From Pseudomonadales bacterium (GTDB lineage Bacteria; Pseudomonadota; Gammaproteobacteria; Pseudomonadales; JANQJO01), in the NCBI GenBank assembly GCA_028281605.1, contig JANQJO010000022.1:5590-69589 (forward strand): a DNA stretch of 64,000 nucleotides, given 5' to 3'. The translations under genes and the position numbers were made by a program. Of the stretch, positions 22,301 through 26,267 are shown in pieces. Under the pieces are notes generated by a model. It saw only the letters and a program-made list of their open reading frames with translations, had not been told where the DNA came from and ran no database searches. Every line of letters begins with the position of its first letter. The first letter of the stretch is position 1.

Positions 22301-23814
22301 CAGCGACAGACAGTTTTGCTTATACCATCAGTGATGGTAATGGTGGAACGGATACGGCTACAGCCACGGTCACGATCAATGGTATAAACGATGCGCCTAT
22401 AGCGGAAGACGATGCAATTGCTACAGGCGAAGACACAGCAGTGTCGGGTAATGTGTTAGCAGATAATGGAAATGGAGTGGACAGTGATGTAGAAGGTGAT
22501 GCTTTGACAGTGACAGAAGTCAATGGCAATGCAGCTGGTATAGGCACGCAAATCACCTTGGCCAGTGGAGCGTTACTGACTCTAAATGCAGATGGAAGCT
22601 TTGATTACGATCCTAGTGGTCAGTTTGAATCTTTAGGCGTAGGTGATACAGCGACAGATAGTTTTACTTATACCATCAGTGACGGTAATGGTGGAACGGA
22701 TACAGCTACAGCTACGGTCACCATCAATGGTGTAAACGACGCACCTATAGCGGAAGATGATGCCATTGCTACAGACGAAGACACAGCAGTGTCGGGTAAT
22801 GTGTTAGCAGATAATGGGAATGGAGTGGACAGTGATGTAGAAGGTGATGCTTTGACAGTGACAGAAGTCAATGGCAATGCAGCTGGTATAGGCACGCAAA
22901 TCACCTTGGCCAGTGGGGCGCTACTGACGCTAAATGCAGATGGAAGCTTTGATTACGATCCTAATGGTCAGTTTGAATCATTAGGAGTAGGTGATACAGC
23001 GACAGACAGTTTTGCTTATACCATCAGTGACGGTAATGGTGGAACGGATACAGCTACTGCTACGGTCACCATCAATGGTGTAAATGATGTATTTCCAACG
23101 ATTGAACTTGGGGATGCACCTAGCCGATTGCCGCGAAATGATCGAGATGCTTGGAAAAATGCTTGGTCAGATGATGCTGTTGATATCAGTCATAAGGCCA
23201 ATGTAGAAGATAGCTCAGAGAGTTGGAGTTCAGTATCACTCTCTAGTGCTCAGTCGCATTTGCTTGCTGGGGGTGATGTGTATGCAGGCGACTTGGGAGT
23301 GAGCGGACAAGTCATTGAAACTGGTGTTGCTAGACAGGAAATAGAAGGTACAGAAGCACTGCGCTTCGAACTGGATACATTGGCTACTGAAGCAAATTTT
23401 GACTTTTCTCAGTTAAATACAGAAGGAGAATTGCGAGAAGCTGGTCGAATTCAAGCTTTAAATGAAAACGGTGATGTAGTTTCGGAAACCTTGTTTGTAG
23501 CTGATGGCTCATCAAACAATCAACAAGCCCAGGTTAGTGCTGATGAAGGGTTTAGTCAGATCATTTTGACTTCTGGTGCTTATGATGGTAATACATTTGT
23601 GTTTGGCGCGTTGGTTGATGAGCAAGGTAATTTTGCAAGTGGTCCTAATGAGACGCTATCACAGGGTAGTGATTATTTAGTGAACAGTGCTGAGTTTGTT
23701 TTTGGAGCGATTGATAATAATCAAGCGGCTTCATCGTTGCCTGATGAAACACAAGATTCGACATTACCACTGATCGGTGTTCAGGATACTAATGAAATTA
23801 ATGAGTTAGGTTAA
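6439..23814 (+). CDS. Giant (5,791 aa) repeat-rich extracellular protein, probable type I secretion substrate or adhesin
   Basis: Single uninterrupted 17.4-kb ORF with no N-terminal signal peptide. It contains a roughly 57-aa blade-like repeat, interspersed roughly 170-aa cadherin-like domains, a PKD-like segment (TFTVDFGDGS...VNHVYATEGSYTVTVTVDD), nine tandem roughly 116-aa repeats and an acidic C-terminus. A PrtD-type ABC gene and a HlyD gene follow about 700 nt downstream. Confidence 0.88.
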   Translation: MTANTIDTLFNERQINLYANDDQDESIVRTLADGSYIIVWTSRGQDGNVDGIFAQRFTESGQRLGAEFQVNSTVLGNQATASVTGLAGGGFVVTWVDQFGHDGSSWGIYSQLYDVNGQPVGSEALVNTTTVSSQQEPAVTGLSDGSYVITWRDDSGSDGSVSGVFAQRFDAAGNALGSEFQINTTGANHQFDPAVTALGAGFVVVWTSSLQDGSGNGVFLQRFDDNGNAVGLESQVNLEVASDQGEAQVVELANGGLVVTWASLTSGSAGDGSGAGVFARVFDAAGNPATGEVLVNTITVSGQSQPSIAALSTGGFVIVWTDQSGADGSSWGVFGQEFDGAGNPVGVQFQVNQQSSSIQYQPSVTALQNGGYVVTWSSNASGEAGDGSGYGVFSRTFGDPANFAVQVSPELEGISGEITFNENDLNAGPLLLDMNGASAVSDADSTDFEGGHLVVSRLTGLGFDNQLGFDSSTQEQLGIRNQGVGAGQIGVVGSDVTYEGTVIGSVVSNGVNGTDLVIQFNNNANATSVEALVENLTYQNTSDDPVESRQYAIQVSDGDGGTSIPQIVTVNIVPELDGLPAVGGERQVNSFISGEQASSSLAGLSDGGYVIVWQSDAQDGSGNGIFAQRYTQEGVITGSEVLVNTTVLGSQVDPVVAGLTGGGYVVAWTDQNSGLDGSGWGVFAQQFDTFGNAVGSEFLVNSTTVSSQYEPSIASLSDGGFVIVYRDDSGSDGSAAGVLGQRFNALGNAVGSEFQVNTQFSSSQFDPSITGLSGGGFVVTWTSVSSGLAGDGSSWGTFAQVYDAAGSAVGSEFQVNTTTVQSQYQAVVAGLNGGGFVVAWRDDGGQDGSADAVFAQRYDASGAALGAEFRVNENTSSSQFAPSIAALEDGGFVVAWQDNSGRDGSGNGIFAQQYDAAGNRIDGEFQVNSEFSSTQSDPAITAVNGGGFVVSWTSNTSGSAGDGDNTGIFHQRFGTSVASQAAPVLTEVNATVVFTESSINAAPQLLDVNQSVYVNDVDSADFDGGSLLVTRLTQPAGLLSQFQAPDDESQDQLGIQNQGLGVGQIGVNATNVTFSGITIGTIASDGSQGSALRVDFNANASLEAVEALVESLTYANLSDDPVETRQFRVQIADGDGGTSDPAVVTVHITPDADGVGSVLSERQTNSFTVSNQDNQSVAGLVDGSYVIVWQSDNQDGSGSGIFGQLYTSAGVLSGAEFLINTSVLGNQVEPVVASLAGGGFVVSWTDQNTAADGSSWGVLAQRFDATGNPVGSQFVANTTTSSTQYESSIAGLADGGFVVVYRDDGGSDGSGAGVLGQRFDASGNPVGLEFQANTEFSSSQFDPSVTGLSGGGFVVTWTSVTSGSAGDGSGWGTFAQLYDAAGSAVGGEFQVNTTTAQSQYQAVVAGLTGGGFVVAWRDDGGQDGSVNGVFAQRYDASGAALGFEFRVNENTSSSQFAPTVAALDNGGFVIAWEDNSGRDGSGNGIFAQQYDAMGHRVDGEFQVNTEFSSTQSNPSVTGLNNGNFLIAWTSNSSGTAGDGSGNGVFHQLFGNEADFISQSAPVLEGVNLDVTYYEGDINAAPALLDANGAVALSDLDSANFEGGSVQVSRSTLPVALLDQLQAPDDATQDQLGIRDQGLGAGQIGVSGANVFYEGALIGVVTSNGNNGSDLTIALNASATVVAVEALIENLTYANTSNDPVGSRQYRIQVSDGDGGTSTPALVTVNVLPELDGAESAGLETQVNTETASHQFESSVAELSDGSFVVVWTSETSGSAGDGNGRGVFGQRFDASGNALGSEFQINTQTISDQDEPQVAALSGGGFVVTWADQSGSDGSGIGVYAQRFDNAGVAQGAEFLVNTTISSTQDDPSIVALAGGGFVITWTDHGSADGSGLGIFGQRFDASGNPVGSEFQANTESSSSQFESSVAGLSGGGFVVTWTSVTSGSAGDGSSWGTFARLYDAVGNAVGSEFQVNTNTVGSQYTSVVTGLSGGGFVVAWRDDSGLDGASDGIFAQQYDASGVAVGDEFRVNENTSVSQFAPTIASLSNGGFAIAWQDNSGRDGSGNGIFAQQYDATGQRVDGEFQVNTEFSSTQSDPAIAGISSGGFVITWTSNTSGSAGDGNGTGVFLQRFVSGTATPPLPESDLLAERQVNLFEQGAQDQSDAATLSDGSYILVWSSENQDGNGQAVVGQRFSAAGERMGPEFIVNTSPLGNQTEPAVAALSGGGFVITWTDQLGLDGSGQGVFAQRYDVNGQTVGNEFQVNTEFSSTQTDVDAIGLTDGSFVVVWESVSSGSAGDGNNLGVFGQRFDALGNTLGSEFQVNTEFLGLQGEPSISTLGTGFVVVWTSNDSSSAGIFAQRYDVGGNPLGSEFQINVGANAGQIQPKVVELAGGGFAVVWMSRAGSVGGDGNSDGVFARVYDAAGVAVTGDIQVNTTFINSQFDPAIAALSGGGFAVTWTDASGADGNSWGVFGQEFDASGTAVGSEFQVNQENASTQYQSTVTGLANDTFVVAWSSFTSGTAGDGDDYGVFSRLFGQASDFTVQASPELEGLPSQVTFLEDTLNAAPQLLDTTGAVAVSDADSANFDGGQLIVSRLTDFGSASQFGFDAEQQEQLGIRNQGNNAGEVGVSGAVISYGGVAIGTIDSDGTNGSDLVLTFNANATANAVEAVVENLTYQNTSSDPIPARQYTLQISDGDGATSTPHIMTVNITAETDGVSPVFGERQVNSFITGDQDFPSVAALADGGYVIVWQSSAQDGSSTGVFGQRYSADGVIVGSEFLINSQVLGAQFEPAVTGLTGGGFVVVWTDQNGTDGSSWGVFTQRYDSNGVALGVQTQVNTEFSGVQDEPSITALSDGGYLVTWTSQNSASAGDGSGDGVFAQRFDAGGNALGGEFQINTETSSSQNNPATAALAGGGFVVTWVSNTSGTAGDGDSSGIFAQRFDDTASPVGSEFQINTIISGAQVTPVVAGLDDGSFVIAWTDQNALDGSSWGVYAQRFAADGTALDSQFRVNQTVSSSQHEPTITSLDSGGFVIAWRDDSGADGSANGIFAQQYDAVGNRVDGEFQVNTEFSSAQISPSIAGLPNGNFVVAWQSFTSGTAGDGSSYGIAHQLFGDAADFNPQASPVLAEVNEEVIYLENTVNSTPQLLDLNESVSLSDLDSSDFDGGSLLVTRLTLSEPLLDQFNSPDDSSQDQLGIRNQGSGAGQIGVSGTSVSYQGLAIGTLVSSGANGSALQVDLNANADAQAVEALIENLTYANTSDDPVSSRQYRIQVSDGDGGTSLPQVVTVNITPEMERTPSLLGERQVNSFTLGEQDRPAAAALADGGYVIVWESSEQDGASTGVFGQRYSADGVIVGSEFLVNTQALGAQVEPTVAGLAGGGFVVVWTDQNGTDGSSWGVFAQRYDGNGQMLGSQTQVNTEFSSTQYQPSITALADGGYVVTWTSQTSGSAGDGSGEGIFAQRFDAVGNTVGSEIQVNSQSASQQNLPSVAALTDGGFVVTWVSNTSGAAGDGDGTGIFAQRFDANANPLGGEFQVNSVVSGNQTAPVVAGLTDGTFVVAWVDQNTLDSSSWGVFAQHFSANGTPVGNQFRVNESVSSSQHEPTITALDNGNFVIAWRDDSGRDGSGSGIFAQEYDAVGNRVDGEFQVNTEFSSTQMSPAVTGLPNGNFVIAWQSFSSGGSADGSNYGIFHQLYGQADEFNPQAAPQLEALNSEVTYSESVVNAAPQLLDMNGALAVSDADSTDFDGGNILVARLNSPEALLDQFNTPDDGTQDQLGIRHQGTAPGQVGVSGTSVTFGGIAVGSIVSDGANGSPFEIALNAAADVAIVEALIENLTYANNSDDPIASRQFRVQVSDGDGGTSEPQIVTVNITPTPDAAVPVFGERQANTETLLDQDESVVATLGDGSFVIVWTSRSNGTTADGSLDGVFGQRFDALGNPVGTEFQINTQTSSNQNNAQIAATEGGGFVVVWDSANSAPAGDGSGNAVIVRQFDGLASDGTPTATAGEFVANTSTSSTQENADVSALPGGGFVVVWQSSASAAAGGDGSGFGIIGQRFDETGALTGSEFIVNTETSSTQSQPKVTTLADGGFLVVWTSITSGSAGDGDGQGVFGQRYDATGNAVARDGSALGSGESGEFQINVETTSTQEMPDVTALADGGFVVAWQSSGQDGSGTGIYARQFADNGLPIANEFRVNDERSSNQYNTNVSSLSTGGYVITWQDDSGRDGSSVGVFGQQYDANGNRLDSEFQVNTEFSSWQYQPAVSALADGGFVVSWSSWTSGTAGDGSDYGIFYQLYGNAPPQVTDVTVNGFEDTAIVLNDQLFIEGFDDPDGQGLALIEIAVVPTQGTLLLRGVAVNPGDQITLSELASGDLTYLGNQDFFGADSFGWQGSDGLVFSTEVAQTNVNVVPVNDAPGLEAGADATSTEGQNFARTLNLSDPDPDTYTFTVDFGDGSAPTVFNTANKSPGVNHVYATEGSYTVTVTVDDNSAAANAQETDTFVVTVENGNPVARNDFFGTDEDTSVNGNVLANNGAGADSDPGGDSLSIVAVNGNTADVDSQITLPSGALLTLNSDGTFDYEPNGVFDSLTGTEFGSDDFTYTVSDGEGGTDTATVSINVNGLNDAPIAEDDNVATNENALLNGNVLLNNGNGADEDIDGGVGGLNVVSVNGSAASLGSQVTLASGALLTLNVDGTFTYDPNGQFDGLNAGQTDTDTFTYVIEDEGGLQDGATVNVTINGVDSLNSPPVAENDDFGTDENSAIAGNVFDDNGNGVDFDPDGDALSVQNAGTFATDNGGIININDDGSFNYSPNVAFETLSAGDSDIDTFIYTLSDGNGGTDTAVITFTITGINDAPIAEEDAIVTDEDTAVSGNVLVDNGNGADSDVEGDALTVTEVNGSAAGVGTQITLASGALLTLNADGSFDYNPNGQFESLGVGDTTTDSFAYTISDGNGGTDTATATVTINGVNDAPIAEDDAVATNEDTVVSGNVLADNSNGADSDAEGDALIVTEVNGNAAGVGTQITLASGALLTLNADGSFDYDPNGQFESLGVGDTATDSFAYTVSDGNGGTDTATATITINGVNDAPIAEDDVIATDEDTAVSGNVLADNGNGADSDVEGDALTVTEVNGNAAGVGTQITLASGALLTLNADGSFDYDPNGQFESLGVGDTTTDSFTYTISDGNGGTGTATATVAINGLLDVPDNQSPEALDDAIATVEDVSVSGSVFADNGSGVDNDPDGDSFFVTQVNGNATGVGTQIILASGALLTLNADGSFDYDPNGQFESLGVGDTATDSFAYTISDGNGGTDTATATVTINGINDAPIAEDDAIATGEDTAVSGNVLADNGNGVDSDVEGDALTVTEVNGNAAGIGTQITLASGALLTLNADGSFDYDPSGQFESLGVGDTATDSFTYTISDGNGGTDTATATVTINGVNDAPIAEDDAIATDEDTAVSGNVLADNGNGVDSDVEGDALTVTEVNGNAAGIGTQITLASGALLTLNADGSFDYDPNGQFESLGVGDTATDSFAYTISDGNGGTDTATATVTINGVNDVFPTIELGDAPSRLPRNDRDAWKNAWSDDAVDISHKANVEDSSESWSSVSLSSAQSHLLAGGDVYAGDLGVSGQVIETGVARQEIEGTEALRFELDTLATEANFDFSQLNTEGELREAGRIQALNENGDVVSETLFVADGSSNNQQAQVSADEGFSQIILTSGAYDGNTFVFGALVDEQGNFASGPNETLSQGSDYLVNSAEFVFGAIDNNQAASSLPDETQDSTLPLIGVQDTNEINELG
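19944..23085 (+). repeat. Nine tandem cadherin/VCBS-like coding repeats of about 116 aa; units 4-6 and 8-9 are near-identical with a 348-bp period
   Basis: The unit is NDAPIAEDDAIATDEDTAVSGNVLADNGNGADSDVEGDALTVTEVNGNAAGVGTQITLASGALLTLNADGSFDYDPNGQFESLGVGDTATDSF(A/T)YTISDGNGGTDTATATVTINGV. Unit starts lie near 19944, 20287, 20653, 20974, 21322, 21670, 22040, 22381 and 22729. Confidence 0.9.
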
Positions 23815-23846
23815 CCTTATTTAAGTAAACAGGTGGAGTATAACCC

Positions 23847-24497
23847 ATGAAGATATTACGGCTTGCTATAGGTTTGGTTTTAGTGTTGGCCCAATCCGCT
23901 GCTTATGCAGTTCCCATTGTTTCACAACCCGTGTTAGATGATGGCACCAGTTTTGGGACGTACGCCTCCTTATTTGGAGGCAGCCAGGTAGCGGATAATT
24001 TTTCGCTAACTCAGCAAGTCGATATGACTGGTTTGACCTGGTGGGGTTCTTATTTCTCACTCAATACTGGGGATAACTTTACGATTCGTTTGTTTAGTGA
24101 TAATGGCGGACAACCCGCTTCTAATCCAGATATCCTGGAGGCAAATGCTTTATCTATTTCAAGGTCGCTACTGCCTGGTGTTACCGATTTTTTTGGTGAG
24201 GTTATGTATCAATACGATGTAGCTTTGAATACGACGTTAGGTGCCGGTCAATATTACTTGTCCATTTTAAATGATGCTGATGATGAGTGGTATTGGGCTG
24301 ATGCAGCCAATGGTGGTGATCTAACGAATTGGTTTCGTGTAGATCAGACAGATCCTTGGTCGGCTTCTGGCTTTTATGACCTAGCGTTTATGATTGATGG
24401 CACTGTCGTGTCTCCTGTGTCAGAAGCCCCAGTTCTTTTGTTAGTCTTAATGAGCTTGAGTGTTCTTCTTCTTGCACGAAGGTGCCACGCAATTTAA
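23847..24497 (+). CDS. Small secreted protein with a PEP-CTERM-like C-terminal sorting or anchor motif
   Basis: Signal peptide MKILRLAIGLVLVLAQSAAYA. The C-terminus PVSEAPVLLLVLMSLSVLLLARRCHAI has a Pro/Glu motif, a hydrophobic helix and an RR cluster. It starts 32 nt after the giant gene. Confidence 0.6.
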   Translation: MKILRLAIGLVLVLAQSAAYAVPIVSQPVLDDGTSFGTYASLFGGSQVADNFSLTQQVDMTGLTWWGSYFSLNTGDNFTIRLFSDNGGQPASNPDILEANALSISRSLLPGVTDFFGEVMYQYDVALNTTLGAGQYYLSILNDADDEWYWADAANGGDLTNWFRVDQTDPWSASGFYDLAFMIDGTVVSPVSEAPVLLLVLMSLSVLLLARRCHAI

Positions 24498-24507
24498 AAA
24501 TTTTGGT

Positions 24508-26256
24508 ATGAATGGTCACAAGTCTTCTAGCCCTGGTGTAACCGGCTCACCTCTTGATACCGCAGTTCAGCATTTAAAACGGCATGCTGCGGTATTGTTT
24601 TTTTTCAGTTTCTTTTTAAATGGGCTTATTCTCACTGGCCCACTGTATATGCTGCAAATTTATGATCGAGTGTTGATCTCACGTAATGAACCTACCTTAT
24701 TTTATTTAACAGTCGTTGCCGTTGTGGCATTGTTGGTGCTGGGATGTTTGGACATGTTACGCTCACGTATCATGGTGCGTTTAAGTAATGCTTTTAGCCA
24801 AACAGTGACGCCCAGCTTATTCCGTTTATTATTGAGAACAGGGCAGTCTGCCAACGCTTTACGCGATTTAGATAACCTAAGAACCTTCTTGACTGGCTCG
24901 GCTATGCTGACTTTGCTGGATGTGCCTTGGAGCCCATTATTTTTAGCTTTTGTTTATTTGTTACACCCGTATCTGGGTCATGTTGCACTGCTGGGCTTGA
25001 TTGTGCTTTTTACTGTGGCTGTTATTAATGAATATAGAACACGAAATTTGCTCAGTCACGCCGCAGATCATCAACGTAGAGCCAATGATTTTACTGACAT
25101 CAGTACACGCAACACAGAAGCTATTAATGCGATGGGTATGCTTGATGGTCTGCAGCGGCGTTGGTCTTGTAATCAAAAAGCGGCTTTAGCTTATCAAGCT
25201 CTGGCCAGCGATCGAGCCGGTACTTTGGTGGCTTTGACTAAGTGCTTGCGTTTTTCCTTACAAGTGGCCATTTTAGGTGTGGGAGCTTGGCTAGCGATTG
25301 CAGAGATCATTAGTCCTGGTGCGATGATCGCTGCTTCCATTGTTATGTCTCGAGCGCTTTCTCCAGTAGAGTCTTCTATTTCTAGTTGGCAAAATTTATT
25401 GACCGCGCGAAGAGCCTATTTACGTTTATCTAAAGTGTTTGAAAATTATCAGAATCACCAACCTATGCCTTTGCCTGAACCCAAAGGTAAATTAGTTTTT
25501 AACAATGTGTATGGAAAAGGAGCTGATGCTAAGGCAGCCTCTGTAAAAGGTGCTCAGTTTTGTATTGAAGCAGGTATGGCTGTAGGCATCACTGGCCCAA
25601 GCGGTTCAGGCAAGTCGTCTTTGGTGAAATTAATGGTAGGAGTCTGGCAGCCTATAACAGGACAAGTACGTTTAGACGGTGCTGAGTTGTCGCATTGGGC
25701 TTCCGAGCAAATTGGGCAATACATTGGTTATTTACCTCAAGATATTGAATTATTTCCTGGGACGGTGGCAGAAAATATTGCTCGTTTCAATGAGGTTGAC
25801 TCCAGCCAAGTGGTTAAGGCCGCGCGACGAGTAGGCGCTCACAACATGATTTTAGGGTTGCCCGATGCTTACGATACGGTATTAGGTCCAGACGCTACAA
25901 ATTTATCGGGTGGACAGCGCCAACGTATTGGTTTGGCACGAGCTGTTTATGGTGAACCCAAACTGGTGGTGTTAGATGAGCCAACATCAAACTTAGATGC
26001 AGAGGGTGAAGCCAGTGTAAGAACACTGATAGACAGTTTAAAAAAGCAAAAAGTCACTTGTGTTGTGATTGCGCACAAACCGGCGGTGATTTGTGGTGTT
26101 GATAAATTAATGGTGGTTCAGCAAGGTAGTGTGACGCATTTTGGCCCAATTGAAGAAGTACTGCCTAGTATAACGCGACGCATAGGCTCTGAAGTAGCTG
26201 AAACAGACAGCAAGCCTCAAATAGCTAAAGCCACTTCTGCTGAAATTACGGCTTAG
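24508..26256 (+). CDS. Type I secretion system ABC permease/ATPase, short PrtD/AprD-like type with no N-terminal C39 or C39-like domain
   Basis: N-terminal TMD begins LNGLILTGPLYMLQIYDRVL, as in PrtD-family T1SS transporters. Walker A GPSGSGKSS, signature LSGGQRQR, Walker B LVVLDEPTSNLD. I prefer the ATG at 24508 over the ORF-track start at 24460, which overlaps the upstream gene. Confidence 0.88.
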   Translation: MNGHKSSSPGVTGSPLDTAVQHLKRHAAVLFFFSFFLNGLILTGPLYMLQIYDRVLISRNEPTLFYLTVVAVVALLVLGCLDMLRSRIMVRLSNAFSQTVTPSLFRLLLRTGQSANALRDLDNLRTFLTGSAMLTLLDVPWSPLFLAFVYLLHPYLGHVALLGLIVLFTVAVINEYRTRNLLSHAADHQRRANDFTDISTRNTEAINAMGMLDGLQRRWSCNQKAALAYQALASDRAGTLVALTKCLRFSLQVAILGVGAWLAIAEIISPGAMIAASIVMSRALSPVESSISSWQNLLTARRAYLRLSKVFENYQNHQPMPLPEPKGKLVFNNVYGKGADAKAASVKGAQFCIEAGMAVGITGPSGSGKSSLVKLMVGVWQPITGQVRLDGAELSHWASEQIGQYIGYLPQDIELFPGTVAENIARFNEVDSSQVVKAARRVGAHNMILGLPDAYDTVLGPDATNLSGGQRQRIGLARAVYGEPKLVVLDEPTSNLDAEGEASVRTLIDSLKKQKVTCVVIAHKPAVICGVDKLMVVQQGSVTHFGPIEEVLPSITRRIGSEVAETDSKPQIAKATSAEITA

Positions 26257-26267
26257 GTCTGTATCTT

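Noticed and set aside
20913-22904. A series of 75-78-aa minus-strand ORFs with almost the same sequence (MPTPAALPLTSVTV..., MICVPTPAALPLTSVTV...).
   Set aside because: They are antisense shadows of the 348-bp coding tandem repeats in the giant gene. They recur with exactly the repeat period, are low-complexity (A/S/P/L/T/V), and lie wholly inside a much stronger + strand ORF.
19944-23085. A regular roughly 348-bp repeat array that could look like a CRISPR or satellite locus.
   Set aside because: The repeats are contiguous with no unique spacers, are much longer than CRISPR repeats, and stay in frame within the 5,791-aa ORF, encoding a recognisable cadherin/VCBS-like domain.
6439-23814. The expectation that the giant protein is an RTX protein.
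   Set aside because: Reading the translation, I found no tandem GGxGxDxUx nonapeptides. The recurrent SDGDGGTS is part of the cadherin-like domain end, not an RTX repeat. I therefore call it a T1SS-associated non-RTX repeat protein, pending an HMM scan.
24460-24507. ORF-track start for the T1SS ABC gene at 24460.
   Set aside because: It overlaps the last 38 nt of the upstream gene. The ATG at 24508, 10 nt after the upstream stop, gives the usual PrtD-family length.
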